Source of the DNA: a virus
Taxonomy: Duplodnaviria > Caudoviricetes
Strand: one strand, 5' to 3'
Length of the DNA stretch: 64,000 nt
Virus record (IMG/VR): IMGVR_UViG_3300017560_000009
Span: 16,421-80,420 of that record
This document shows, piece by piece, positions 18,502 through 28,666 of the stretch (its first letter is position 1; each line of letters starts with the position of its first letter). Under the pieces are notes generated by a model, which ran no database searches, was not told the DNA's origin, and saw only the letters and a list, made by a program, of their open reading frames with translations. A program made the position numbers and the translations under genes.

Positions 18502-21500
18502 ATGCCTGATCTCAAGATTAGCGAGTTCGAAGAACGGACTCCGCTGCAAGGTACGGAAGACATTGCCGCAGCCGATGCTGGGTTGAACGTGCGCTTCAAG
18601 GTCTCCACCTTGCGCCTGTTCTTGAACGCTGCCTGGGGAGAATACGCGGGCTTCATCAAGGCTGCTGAACGCACCAAGCTCTCCAACATCGCCACAGCTG
18701 CGACCAAGAACAGACCCGACTTGGAGCTGCTGAACCGCGAGAACCACACCGGCTCGCAGTCCGTGAGCACGATCACGGGTCTGGGCAAAGTAGCCACGTC
18801 CAACCAGTACAACGACCTCGACGGCAAGCCTGCCGCTATCGGTCTGGCTACCAGTGCAACCGCTGGTCTCGTCGCGCTCAGCCCTGGCATGACGCTCGAC
18901 CCCATCACCAACCAGCTGTACGTGACGCGCATGACCCAGCGACCCTCGCTGGATCCCATCATGAAGTCGCCCAAGATCACGCTGGCCAACTCCGACTACA
19001 CCGCCGCTGGCGATGGCACGGGGCAGGGTACTGTGATCGGCACGACCGGCAACTTCGCCGGCAAGTGGTACTTCGAAGTCGTGTTCGCGGCTGGCACGGC
19101 CAACGTGGATAACGCAGTGGGCTTGGCCACGCTCGACGCGGATCTCGACCTCATCCCCGGCGTGGCTGGCCCTGGTGCTGCGATCCGCCAGACGACCGGC
19201 GCGATCTCGGTAGACGCGGGGGCCGTCACGGGCAATGCCCAGGCCTTCAACACCGTCAGCAACGTGGTGCGTGTCGCGCTCGACGCTGCGGCCGGCCGCG
19301 TGTGGTTCGCGGTCGGCAACGCGCCGTGGAACGGCAGCTCCAGCGCCAACCCGGCCACGGGGGCTGGCGGCTTGGTCATCGGTAAACGCAAGCTTTATCC
19401 TTTCGTCTCGGTGGCTTCTGATGCAAGCTTCACCGTGCGCTTCGGCGGCACGATGAGCTTCACCACGCCGGCAGGCTACGCGCCGTGGGCGACCTCGACG
19501 CAAGCCATCCGATTGGCGGACTTGACCGACGTTGACTCGTCGGGCTGGGAAGCGGATCTCGTGCTGAAGTTCGACGTGGCCAGCGGCAAGTGGAAGGCGT
19601 TGCCGGAAGCCGATTACGTCGTGCAGGCAACCGCGCTGGTCGGACAGGCCACCCAGGCTGCGGAAGATGCGCTCGCGGCCAAGGACGGGGTGGACGCGAC
19701 CGTCACCACGGTGCAGGGCTACGCGGCCGAAGCGCTGGCCAGCAAGAACGCAGCGGCCAGCAGCGCTACCGCCGCCGCCGACAGTGCCTCGGCAGCGGAC
19801 GCGAGCAAGACCGCTGCGGCCAGCAGCGTCACCACTGCGGCCGGGCATGCGACTGCGGCCAACAACTCCAAGACGGCAGCGGAAACGGCCAAGACGGCGG
19901 CGGAAACGGCCCGCGACACGGCTGTGACGGCGGCGAACTCGACGGCGGCGGATGTCACCGCCGCCGAGCTGGCCCGCAATCAGGCCGCAGGCAATGCGAC
20001 GGTGGCGCAGTCCGCTCGTGACGCCGCTGAAGGCAGCGCCACGGCAGCGGCCGGCAGCGCGAGCGCAGCGCTGGCCAGCAAGAACGCAGCGGCCGACAGT
20101 GCCACGGCAGCGGATGGCAGCAAGACGGCAGCGGCGAACAGCGCCACGGGTGCGGCCAGCGCCAAGACGGCAGCGGAAACGGCCCGCGATCAGGCGGTCA
20201 CGGCGGCGAACTCGACGGGGGATAACGTCACCGCTGCCCAGGCGGCACGGGATGCCGCAGCGGGAAGCGCCACGGCAGCGGCGAACAGCGCCACGGCAGC
20301 AGACGCGAGCAAGACTGCTGCTGCGGCGAGCGCCGCTGCGGCGGCACAGAGCGCGGAAGATGCGGAGGCAGCGGGCGCGGGCTGGCAAGCGGGCTTGGCC
20401 GAGGCCGGGATCCCGAACGCCAAGGTGCTCACCGGCACCGTGGACTGGCAGACGCTGGACAAGTCCGGGTATTTCATCCTGCCTTCTATCGGCACGAACG
20501 GCCCGCCCGTGGAGTCCTCGTACTTCGGCACCGTGCTGGCTCACGTTGAGGTGGCAGCGGACGGTTCGCGCCAGATCTGGGCGTATCTGAACGCGCTCGA
20601 CAGCACATGGTCGGCCCAGGCATGGACGATGGCGCGTCGGCCGTCCGGGGTGTGGAAGCGCTGGGAACCGATGGGGGGCTTCTCGTATCGGCGCACGCGC
20701 AGCTTGAACATGGGCAGCGCGACCCTGGCAGCGGTGGACCGTGGCAACTTGTTGGCTGTCACCCCCGTTGCAGGCAATACCTTCACTCTTCCTGATCTCA
20801 ACGCCAGTGGGGTAAATGCCGGCGATGCGTTCACCTTCTACAACTACTCGGGTAGCACCCAGCTCGTTATCAAGCCCACGGGAACCAACCAGATCTGGTA
20901 CATGCCTGATGGTAGGCTTCCTCGTGACACGTCCAACGTCTATTCCGTTACGTTGAACCCAGGGGAAAGCATCACGCTGGTGGTCAACGATAACCGTGTC
21001 AACTGGGTGCCTCTCAACTATTCGAAGGCACCTCCTGCGGTTCGAATTCCCGTCATAACGAACGGGATCAACCTCAACACCTTGATCGTGCCGGGGGTCT
21101 ATAGTTTCTCTGGAAGTCAGGCGGTGCATGCGGACGCCGTTGGCTGGCCCGCTGGGATCTCGTCTCAAGATGGATTCATTGAAGTCATGCCGTCCGGATC
21201 GGCTGCATTAAATGATGTCTTCCAGAGGATCACCTTCGTCCCCTCGACCAGCGGCTACAAGGCGGTGAGCTATGAGCGCATGATCCTGAACGGAACGCCT
21301 ACCGGGGGTCGCCAGTGGCGCATCGTTGGTCCTGTCTCCCACTATGATCTGCTGCCCACGGCCAACAACGGCCCAGTGTATGTGGATGAGGTGGGGGATG
21401 TGTGCGTGTGGGATACGCTGGACAGCAAGTATTACAAGGACAAGACCTACAGCCAGATGATCACCTGGGTCTTCTCGACCTCCTGGATGCCGCCGCGTTG

Positions 21501-22086
21501 GTGCAAGTACGCTCGCATCGTGGAGATGATAGGCGGCGGTGGCGGCGGCGGCACCGGACCCAACTTCTCCACTGGCCTTGCTGGCGCGGGGGGCAGTGGC
21601 GGGTACGCGGGCCAGAGCCTTACCCGGAACTCGTCGTACCTGGAAATCACCTTGACCCCCGGTGCGGTCATGGACGTTGTGATCGGAGCGGGTGGGGCCG
21701 GAGGCAACGACACGACCAACGGAGCCGCAGGGAACCAGGGCGGTCTGACCTCCTTCGCTGGTAAGACAGTCACAGGCGGGCAGGGAGGGGGGAAGGCGTC
21801 AGGGGCGTATCCCAGCGGGATGGGTGTGATCGGCGAGAAAGGCTGGCCGGCCACTGTGACCAACCAGCGTGGTGGCTCGGGCGGCGATGGTCAACCCTCT
21901 CGGTTCGGCCCTGGTGGCACCGGGGGTCTTGGTGGCTCGGATTCCATCGCGCCGCTTCCTGGAAACGTCGCACCCAACTATTCTTACGGCGCGGGCGGCG
22001 GTGGCGGTGGTGGCTCGGTGAGCGGAGTCGGAAATGCGAAGAACGGCGGCAATGGCGCCCCTGGCATCATCATCTTGGAGTATTGA
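18502..22086 (+). CDS. Long tail fibre / adhesin: SPRY-like domain, Ala-rich stalk, Gly-rich C-terminus
   Basis: KISEF N-terminus; GKWYFEVVF (SPRY/B30.2); lambda Stf-like Ala/Ser/Thr repeats; MIGGGGGGG...GAGGAGG...GGNGAPGIIILEY glycine-rich tip. Confidence 0.85.
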   Translation: MPDLKISEFEERTPLQGTEDIAAADAGLNVRFKVSTLRLFLNAAWGEYAGFIKAAERTKLSNIATAATKNRPDLELLNRENHTGSQSVSTITGLGKVATSNQYNDLDGKPAAIGLATSATAGLVALSPGMTLDPITNQLYVTRMTQRPSLDPIMKSPKITLANSDYTAAGDGTGQGTVIGTTGNFAGKWYFEVVFAAGTANVDNAVGLATLDADLDLIPGVAGPGAAIRQTTGAISVDAGAVTGNAQAFNTVSNVVRVALDAAAGRVWFAVGNAPWNGSSSANPATGAGGLVIGKRKLYPFVSVASDASFTVRFGGTMSFTTPAGYAPWATSTQAIRLADLTDVDSSGWEADLVLKFDVASGKWKALPEADYVVQATALVGQATQAAEDALAAKDGVDATVTTVQGYAAEALASKNAAASSATAAADSASAADASKTAAASSVTTAAGHATAANNSKTAAETAKTAAETARDTAVTAANSTAADVTAAELARNQAAGNATVAQSARDAAEGSATAAAGSASAALASKNAAADSATAADGSKTAAANSATGAASAKTAAETARDQAVTAANSTGDNVTAAQAARDAAAGSATAAANSATAADASKTAAAASAAAAAQSAEDAEAAGAGWQAGLAEAGIPNAKVLTGTVDWQTLDKSGYFILPSIGTNGPPVESSYFGTVLAHVEVAADGSRQIWAYLNALDSTWSAQAWTMARRPSGVWKRWEPMGGFSYRRTRSLNMGSATLAAVDRGNLLAVTPVAGNTFTLPDLNASGVNAGDAFTFYNYSGSTQLVIKPTGTNQIWYMPDGRLPRDTSNVYSVTLNPGESITLVVNDNRVNWVPLNYSKAPPAVRIPVITNGINLNTLIVPGVYSFSGSQAVHADAVGWPAGISSQDGFIEVMPSGSAALNDVFQRITFVPSTSGYKAVSYERMILNGTPTGGRQWRIVGPVSHYDLLPTANNGPVYVDEVGDVCVWDTLDSKYYKDKTYSQMITWVFSTSWMPPRWCKYARIVEMIGGGGGGGTGPNFSTGLAGAGGSGGYAGQSLTRNSSYLEITLTPGAVMDVVIGAGGAGGNDTTNGAAGNQGGLTSFAGKTVTGGQGGGKASGAYPSGMGVIGEKGWPATVTNQRGGSGGDGQPSRFGPGGTGGLGGSDSIAPLPGNVAPNYSYGAGGGGGGGSVSGVGNAKNGGNGAPGIIILEY
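19630..20380 (+). repeat. Intragenic Ala-rich modular repeats
   Basis: Identical 28-mer AGCGCTGGCCAGCAAGAACGCAGCGGCC at 19731 and 20067; recurring KTAAETARD and SATAAD blocks. Confidence 0.85.
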
Positions 22087-22088
22087 TC

Positions 22089-22655
22089 ATGGCAGTTGTC
22101 GAAGCAGTGCGTAAGCTGGTTGTGGCGGGGGTTGGTGAACCCCTTAACGGTGAGGTGGTGAACGTGGTCGTGGCCGCGCCGGGGTTCCGGCTCCCCGGCT
22201 TCACGTTGATGGCCTCGGAAGAGGGCGGGCTGGGCTGGCAGTACGTGAACGGGGTCTTGACCCCGCCACCGACCTCGCCCGTGGAAGAGCCGCCCACAGC
22301 GGCCCAGCTGAAGCGCGAGGCCATCACGCGCATCAACGTGGCCAGCGAACAGGGCTTGCGCCAGTACCTGGAGATATACCCCGAGTACGAGATCCAGACG
22401 TGGCCCAAGCAGGAAGCCGAGGCGCGGGCCTGGGCGCTGGACGCGAACGCGCCAACGCCCACTTGTGATCTCATCATGGCCGAGCGCGGGCTGACCAAAG
22501 AGGACTTCATGCAGCGCGTGATCATCAAGGCGGATCTCTTCACCGAGATGTCCGGGCGCGCAGCCGGCAAGCGCCAGCGCCTGGAAGATGAGATCACGGC
22601 GCTGGCCGACGACGACCCTGATCTCGCGGCCAAGCTCGACGCTATCGTTTGGTAG
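22089..22655 (+). CDS. Tail fibre assembly chaperone-like protein
   Basis: Follows the fibre gene. G.GWQY.NG.L.PP and YP.YE.QTWP.QE.EARAW motifs typical of Tfa/DUF4376-type chaperones. Confidence 0.75.
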   Translation: MAVVEAVRKLVVAGVGEPLNGEVVNVVVAAPGFRLPGFTLMASEEGGLGWQYVNGVLTPPPTSPVEEPPTAAQLKREAITRINVASEQGLRQYLEIYPEYEIQTWPKQEAEARAWALDANAPTPTCDLIMAERGLTKEDFMQRVIIKADLFTEMSGRAAGKRQRLEDEITALADDDPDLAAKLDAIVW

Positions 22656-22666
22656 CACAAACGACA

Positions 22667-22698
22667 AAAAGCCCCACACCGCAAGGTGTGGGGCTTTT
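22667..22698. terminator. Bidirectional rho-independent terminator at the convergence of the two gene blocks
   Basis: AAAAGCCCCACACC-GCAA-GGTGTGGGGCTTTT. Confidence 0.92.
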
Positions 22699-22715
22699 CT
22701 CATGACGGACGCCTG

Positions 22716-23339
22716 CTACAGCGCCAGCACTTCGGCATAGACTCGATTCATCGCCGCACGTAGGGCGTCTTGCTCGTCCTTGTTGTTGATGATCACATGG
22801 TCGAACAACTCGTCTGCCAACGGGATTTCCGACTGGTGTGTGATGTCGGGTTTAGGTGCCCAAGGTGCGAAGATCTTCACGAAGGTCGTGTCGAAGTCCC
22901 GCTCAAGCATCTCGTACTCGGTGGCGAACCGCAAGTCGTCCACAAGGATGACATGGCCAGGGCTTCGCCGCCAATGTTGCTCGATCTTCATCTTGGCCAG
23001 ATGAACCCACAGGTTGGGGTGGATGATGTTGCGGCCCCACTCGGTTCCCAGCGTTTGCTGGAGACGACGCGGCGTGACGCCGAACAACTCCTGGATCGGC
23101 AGCGACTTCATCATGGGATCTTCCATCGACTTCACGGCCATGTCTGGCGCGTCACCCATGTAGATCAAGAGCGTGGCCAGCATGTTCTTGATCGGCGCGG
23201 CGAACTTCACCACGTCCAGGCCGTGCGCCGACACCAGATGCTTGGTCGAAGTGGTCTTGCCGTGGGATGCGGCACCGTGGATGGCGATGACTTTGGGCCT
23301 GCCAGCCTTTGGTAGCAATCTTTTGGTTGAGTCAGTCAT
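22716..23339 (-). CDS. Deoxynucleoside monophosphate kinase
   Basis: IAIHGAASHGKTT P-loop, KFAAPIK, PRRLQQTLGTEWGR, VDDLRFATE, HQSE. Start at MTDS overlaps the ThyX stop. Confidence 0.88.
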   Translation of the reverse strand: MTDSTKRLLPKAGRPKVIAIHGAASHGKTTSTKHLVSAHGLDVVKFAAPIKNMLATLLIYMGDAPDMAVKSMEDPMMKSLPIQELFGVTPRRLQQTLGTEWGRNIIHPNLWVHLAKMKIEQHWRRSPGHVILVDDLRFATEYEMLERDFDTTFVKIFAPWAPKPDITHQSEIPLADELFDHVIINNKDEQDALRAAMNRVYAEVLAL

Positions 23340-24576
23340 TGCTGGACCCTCCAGAATCGCCGCCAGCGCCCGATTCGGAGCTGGGTAAGGGGTCAGTGTG
23401 GGTAGCACCAGAAAACGCTTCACGGGGCTTCTCCTGGCCTTGTTCCACGGCGATGGCGAAAGCCAGCGCCGTGCCGTCATCCAGAGGGTACTGGTAGCCG
23501 GGTTTTCGGTTCTGGCGCGCCGTGAATTCCAGGCCGGAAGTCAAGCCACCATGACCTCTTGACTTTTCCGTCTCCATTCGGGAGAAGCTTGTCTTCGTCG
23601 GCAGCTCGGCCGTCCCCAGCTCGCGCACCACACGCTCGTTCATCCAGCTGCGCACCTCGGCGGCGCGGGCGTTGCGGATGGCCCAGTCCTCTCCCGTCCA
23701 CTTGCGCTTCAGGATGCCGACTTGCCGGCCTTCGTTGCGGTCGCGCATCTCGGCCTCGGCTTCAACCTGATAGCGGTACTGCCGCCATCCTTGGACGTTG
23801 CCGTACTGCTTCTCCATGCCTTCCATCGGCCGCAGCTGGTGCTCGGTCGGCGAAGCGTGGACAGGACGAGATCCCACCAGCAGGTCATGACGGGAGATCT
23901 CTTTCTCGATGGCAGCGTTGCCGTCGAACGGGGCCACGCTCACGCGAGCGCAGCGTGCGGCCGAGACCTTGAGCTGGGTGTCCAGCGGCAGCTCCTTGCG
24001 CTCTTGCCGGCTGATGTACGGCAAGTGCCACTCGTCGTAGCCCAAGGGCATGGGCGTCGAGAGTTCGATGGCCGTCATGATCTCGATGGCCAGATCTCGG
24101 ATAGTCGGATCGGCGTCGGCGTGGCAGCGCAGGACCGCGTAGGCGTGCCAGGACTTCTCGGAAGCCGTGATCAGCGTGTTCATGTACTGATACGGCTCGG
24201 TGACGCGGTTGGCCACTTGCTTGTGCGCGCCCAGCTTCATCATGCCCCACGACATGACGGCAGCGAACTTAGCAGCCATCGACCACAGCGTGCGCACACC
24301 GAAGAGACGCCAGCCCGTCAGCTCCGCGCCGGCCTGCATGCCAGCCTTGTTGCTTCCCCATTCGACCGGCATGGCCGGGTCGTTGAAGATCTGGGCCAGC
24401 ATCTTCTTGACAGGGATCGCACGCGAGGATCCAGAGTTGCGGTTCTGGTTGCGGTGCGTGAGCTGTTCAGCATGGACGATGCGCGGGTAGCGCAGCTGAA
24501 GCGTGATGACCCGCTTGCCAGCCGGGGAGATCGAATCTTCGATCACCTTGGCTGTGATGGTTGGTTTTAGTTTCAT
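23332..24576 (-). CDS. thyX: Flavin-dependent thymidylate synthase (ThyX-like) with a C-terminal extension
   Basis: THRNQNRNSGSSRAIP (RHRx7S-type signature), HKQVANRVTEPY, SAARCARVS, HASPTEHQ. ATG 24576 with AGAGGA RBS. Confidence 0.85.
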   Translation of the reverse strand: MKLKPTITAKVIEDSISPAGKRVITLQLRYPRIVHAEQLTHRNQNRNSGSSRAIPVKKMLAQIFNDPAMPVEWGSNKAGMQAGAELTGWRLFGVRTLWSMAAKFAAVMSWGMMKLGAHKQVANRVTEPYQYMNTLITASEKSWHAYAVLRCHADADPTIRDLAIEIMTAIELSTPMPLGYDEWHLPYISRQERKELPLDTQLKVSAARCARVSVAPFDGNAAIEKEISRHDLLVGSRPVHASPTEHQLRPMEGMEKQYGNVQGWRQYRYQVEAEAEMRDRNEGRQVGILKRKWTGEDWAIRNARAAEVRSWMNERVVRELGTAELPTKTSFSRMETEKSRGHGGLTSGLEFTARQNRKPGYQYPLDDGTALAFAIAVEQGQEKPREAFSGATHTDPLPSSESGAGGDSGGSSND

Positions 24577-24633
24577 ATGTCCTCTGTTGAAGAACCCGCT
24601 GCCGCCCCTGGCAGCGGGTGGCATACCGAAGGA

Positions 24634-25248
24634 TTACGACGCGGTGTGAGCAGCACCATCCTTGTCGGCACGCGCTTCGGCCGCTTGGTCCGAGTAGCCG
24701 GCTGCGCCATAACGCGCCTGCGTACCCGAGAGCAGCTTCTGGTTGTTGGCGGTGAAGAGTTCTTCCAGGCTGGAACCCATCAGATCGGCGGTCATCTTGA
24801 CCAGATACAGGGTCTGGCCGAAGGCCACGGACAGCTCGACCTTCTTCTGGACCAGGATGTCGTCGTCTTCCAGGGCCAGCTCGGACAGCGTGCCGATCAG
24901 CGAACCCAGCGCGTAGGTGATGCGCTCCAGGCGGCGGGCTTCGTCGTCTTCCGGCGAGAATTCGACTTGGTACATGACCGGGCGCATCTCGTAGTTCGTG
25001 GCAGCGAAGCCGATGGCGATGTACCAGCAGGTGTCGGCCAGCTCTTCGAACATGCCGAAACGCGGCGTGGCTTCACCTTCCTTGCGCGGCGTGTCGATGT
25101 TCTTGCCGTAGATGGCCACGCGCTTGACCTGACTGGCGAACTCGCCGATCTCGGTAATGCAACCGATGATCGCATGGCGCAAGCGCTTCGGCAGGGGGAA
25201 GGGCTTCTCGGTTTGCAGAGCGCCGTTTTGGTAAGCGATGATGTTCAT
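24634..25248 (-). CDS. MazG-like NTP pyrophosphohydrolase
   Basis: HAIIGCITEIGEF...EELADTCWY (ExxE...ExxD) and N..KL...RY...YSD.AA.ARADK C-terminus. Confidence 0.82.
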   Translation of the reverse strand: MNIIAYQNGALQTEKPFPLPKRLRHAIIGCITEIGEFASQVKRVAIYGKNIDTPRKEGEATPRFGMFEELADTCWYIAIGFAATNYEMRPVMYQVEFSPEDDEARRLERITYALGSLIGTLSELALEDDDILVQKKVELSVAFGQTLYLVKMTADLMGSSLEELFTANNQKLLSGTQARYGAAGYSDQAAEARADKDGAAHTAS

Positions 25249-25589
25249 TAGTAGGTTTCCTTCGGTGCGGTGAACCATGCGGTTCGAGGTTGAGAGATAA
25301 CGGGTACTGCGTATTGGATGATGTAGTCGCCCTCACGGGCCTGCACCATCGAGATCCTGCCTTGATCGTGCGCGAGGCGGGCTTCAGCCAGAACCACCAA
25401 GTCCGGTTCAGGCCATGCACGTTCCCATGCACGCTTTCGTGAGATGACCAGATGAAGTTTCTGCGGGGAACCCCACCCCACCATCCGGCATTCCTTTATC
25501 ACGGCGACCACTTCATCGACCGTGACCCTGAGTTGTCGGGATATGGACGCAGGCCCATATCCCATTTCGAGTAGTTGTTTTATGTTCAT
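25248..25589 (-). CDS. Hypothetical protein (possible N-terminal HTH)
   Basis: ATGA-coupled to sbcC; GYGPASISRQLRVTVDEV segment. Confidence 0.6.
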   Translation of the reverse strand: MNIKQLLEMGYGPASISRQLRVTVDEVVAVIKECRMVGWGSPQKLHLVISRKRAWERAWPEPDLVVLAEARLAHDQGRISMVQAREGDYIIQYAVPVISQPRTAWFTAPKETY

Positions 25590-27598
25590 TGCTTCAAAGG
25601 CAACTCGTAGATTACGTCCGCGATAGGTCGTTTGTGAGTCACCAGGATGACTTGCCGGATTGCGGGAGACAGGCGGCGCAGACATTCCGCCGTGAAGGCA
25701 GCACGCTCATCATCCATCCCTTCGTCTACTTCGTCCGCTTGGAACGACGAGAAGATGCTGTTGGTCATGATCTGCCCAAGTCCGATGCGAATAGCGAGGT
25801 TCGCAACGGCCTTGCCCGAACCAGACAACGTAGCGATGTCTGAACCGTCAACCTGGATATCGAAGTCCTCCGAGATAGTGATGTTGTTCCGAACGCCGCC
25901 CGTCATCTGCGACAACAACAGGGACGCCACCTGATTCAAGGAAGGCACCAAGAACGACTTGATGACCACCTTGGCTTCTTGCACCGCAGCCTTGGCGCGA
26001 GTCAGATCCTCGGACTCTGCCAGCAAGGCTTCCATGCCTTCGACCTTCTCTTCGTAGGCCTTGAGCATATGGACGAACGCCTCGCTTTCGACTTCGTACT
26101 GCTTGGCCTGGGCAGCGCGAGTGATGACGGATTCCAGCTGCGCCTCGGTCGGCTCCAGCTCGATCATGCGCTCACGCTTGCGCGGGTAGTCTTCCATGAA
26201 CACGTCATAGGCGCGCTTCTTCTCTTCGAAGAGCACCATGGCCGCGTCGAACTGCTGGCGCTTCTTCAGATCTTCCGAACGATCCGGCAAACCGTTCAAC
26301 TGCGCGGTCAATCCGGCCAGCTCTTCCGTGATGGCCGCGATGTCGTCGTCCGAATTCTTGAGGGCCACGGTGTGGTGCGCCATCGCGGTTTCGAAGTCCG
26401 ACTCGGCCTTGCGCACGTCTTCTTCGTGCTGGGCCTGCATGCGCTCCCAACGCACCGCATGATCCTTCTTCAGCTGTTCGATAGCGTCTTCGTTGGACAC
26501 GATCTTGGCCGCAGCGTTGATCTGCGCCAGCGTGAGCGCCGGAGCTTCGCATTCCTGGACGGCCTGCATGTCCGGGTGCGACAGCGCTTCCGCGATGGGC
26601 CAGTGGTGATTGCATGCGGGGCAGACGTGCTCGCCCTGGTCGATCAGCTTCTTCTTGGCCAACCATGCTTGGTGATGATGGTAAGCATCGCGCAGCGCGG
26701 CCAGTTGCTCGGCCGTGTGCGTCGGCACGATCAGCTCGGGCAACACCAGCTTCGGCTCGACCAGCGCAGGCACCTCGCGGCGCTCGGGCTTCTTCAGCCC
26801 AGCGCGCTCGGCCTGGATCCGTTGGGCGCGGGCGGTGCGGTCGGTCAGCTTGCTGCGCACGGCCTGCCGCTCGTCCAGCAGAAGCTGGAGGGTCGCCGCC
26901 GTCTCCTGCACGTCGGTCTCGGGCTTCTTCGGCTCTTCCGGCACGCGGGACAGCTCGGCCTTCAGGCCACGGAACTCGTCCACCAGCGGGCGCACGGCGT
27001 CCAGCTCGGCGGTCAAGACGGCAGCAGAAGCGTAGCCTGCGGGCTGGGTCGGCTCCTGGGGCCGCGTCAGCACCTCGGACATGCCCTCGGCGCGGCGGCG
27101 CTTCTCCAGCGCTTCCTTGCCCAGATCCTCGGCTATGCCGTCCAAGATGTGCAGGCCGATGGTCTGGTCCACCAGCCGCTTACGCTCGGTGGGCAGCGCG
27201 TCCGACAACGCTTCGATCTTGCCTTGCAGGCAGGCGTTGGCCATGGCGTAGACGCTGTAGCCGTAGCCGAACAGCTCGATGATCTTCTGGTTCACGGGCT
27301 TGGTGCCGGTCGCAATCGGATCGCCGCCGTTGTCGTAGAGCGCAGCGTTCTTCAGCCCGCGCTCGACCATGTAGCGGTTGCCGCGCACGGTGAATTCCAG
27401 CGAGACCTTCAGATCCTTCTTGTAGCCCGAGGCCGACACGCGCAGCGCAGCCACGCCCCAGAGTGCAAAGGCGACCATCTCCAGGATGACCGACTTGCCC
27501 GATTCGTTCTTGCCCACGATGGCCGTCTGGCCTTCACCGAATTCGAGCGTGGTGTCGTCGTGACGGAAACCGTTTTGAATGCGGATCTTATGCAGCAT
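25586..27598 (-). CDS. SbcC/Rad50/gp46-like SMC-family ATPase
   Basis: Walker A GKNESGKS, coiled coil with CPAC zinc hook, LSGSG signature, Walker B ADEVD, LVTH. Start at MLHKIRI. Confidence 0.93.
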   Translation of the reverse strand: MLHKIRIQNGFRHDDTTLEFGEGQTAIVGKNESGKSVILEMVAFALWGVAALRVSASGYKKDLKVSLEFTVRGNRYMVERGLKNAALYDNGGDPIATGTKPVNQKIIELFGYGYSVYAMANACLQGKIEALSDALPTERKRLVDQTIGLHILDGIAEDLGKEALEKRRRAEGMSEVLTRPQEPTQPAGYASAAVLTAELDAVRPLVDEFRGLKAELSRVPEEPKKPETDVQETAATLQLLLDERQAVRSKLTDRTARAQRIQAERAGLKKPERREVPALVEPKLVLPELIVPTHTAEQLAALRDAYHHHQAWLAKKKLIDQGEHVCPACNHHWPIAEALSHPDMQAVQECEAPALTLAQINAAAKIVSNEDAIEQLKKDHAVRWERMQAQHEEDVRKAESDFETAMAHHTVALKNSDDDIAAITEELAGLTAQLNGLPDRSEDLKKRQQFDAAMVLFEEKKRAYDVFMEDYPRKRERMIELEPTEAQLESVITRAAQAKQYEVESEAFVHMLKAYEEKVEGMEALLAESEDLTRAKAAVQEAKVVIKSFLVPSLNQVASLLLSQMTGGVRNNITISEDFDIQVDGSDIATLSGSGKAVANLAIRIGLGQIMTNSIFSSFQADEVDEGMDDERAAFTAECLRRLSPAIRQVILVTHKRPIADVIYELPLKQ

Positions 27599-28598
27599 TG
27601 TGACGCTCCTTGTACATGGCCAGCACCTTCTCGGAGGTGGGCTGCGTGACTTCGTTCTTGGTGAGGCAGCGCGAGATGACATCGACCGTATCGAAGGACT
27701 CGGGATGCACGCTGATATCCACGAAGTCCTCGCCGTTGTCCTGGATGAGCTTGGTCGTGATCGCCCAGGCATCAATGGCGAAGTCCACCTTCTCGCCGGG
27801 TTTCAACTGGACGCGCAGCGCCTTGTCATGGAAGAAGGTCGGATCTTCAGCCAGCTTGGCGCGCACGGCTTCCAGCGGCATGGTGATGTAGCGGTCGCTA
27901 TCCGGGTCTTCCGCGTGCGAGTACGGCTGCATGGATCCGGTGTAGAGGATCTTCACCTCGCCCACTTCGTATTCCACGGCATTGTGGTCATGCCCCGAGA
28001 CCAGCAGCTTGCAGTACGGGCGCAGCTCGTTCAGCGGGATGCAGTTGTGCGGTTCCTCATCGAACGTCACGCGGTCCCAGTGGCCGACCACCATGTCGAA
28101 CTCGTAGTCGTCGGCCGTCAGCTTCTTGGCCATGTCACGCGAGTTGATGAAGGGGTGCCAGGGCAAGAGGCCGATGCGCAGCACCGAGTCGTGGAACTCC
28201 AGGATCTCGGGTTGATCTTCGGTGATGATCAGACGGTCGCCCGATTCGATCATGCGGGCCAGGATGGCGTAAGACGACACCTTGTCCACGTCACGCGAAG
28301 CATCGTGGTTGCCACGGATGACCACGATGTGCAGGTCCGGGTTGTTGCCGTAGGCATCCATGATGAGCTGGAAGAAGCGCATCACGATAGCGTTGGGAAC
28401 GGCGAACTGGTCGAACACGTCACCCACGATGATCACCACGTCCAGGCCTTCGGTGTTCAGCTCCGCTTCCAGCTGTTCCCACTGGCTTTCCTCGCGCTCG
28501 CCACGGCGGTCCAGCGGCACGCCGGTCTCGAACTTGCGGCCAAGGTGGGGATCTCCGATCAACCCGATCTTCTTGCCTTGCAGTTCCAAAATCTTCAT
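27588..28598 (-). CDS. SbcD/Mre11/gp47-like metallophosphoesterase nuclease
   Basis: GDPHLG, GDVFD, GNHD, GHDH, YTGS; adjacent to the SbcC-like gene. Confidence 0.93.
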   Translation of the reverse strand: MKILELQGKKIGLIGDPHLGRKFETGVPLDRRGEREESQWEQLEAELNTEGLDVVIIVGDVFDQFAVPNAIVMRFFQLIMDAYGNNPDLHIVVIRGNHDASRDVDKVSSYAILARMIESGDRLIITEDQPEILEFHDSVLRIGLLPWHPFINSRDMAKKLTADDYEFDMVVGHWDRVTFDEEPHNCIPLNELRPYCKLLVSGHDHNAVEYEVGEVKILYTGSMQPYSHAEDPDSDRYITMPLEAVRAKLAEDPTFFHDKALRVQLKPGEKVDFAIDAWAITTKLIQDNGEDFVDISVHPESFDTVDVISRCLTKNEVTQPTSEKVLAMYKERHNAA

Positions 28599-28666
28599 GG
28601 TTTCTTCTCCGGTAAAAAGCCCTCGGGTTCTTACGCCGAGGGCTGTACTACGTTGCGCTGGTTGGC

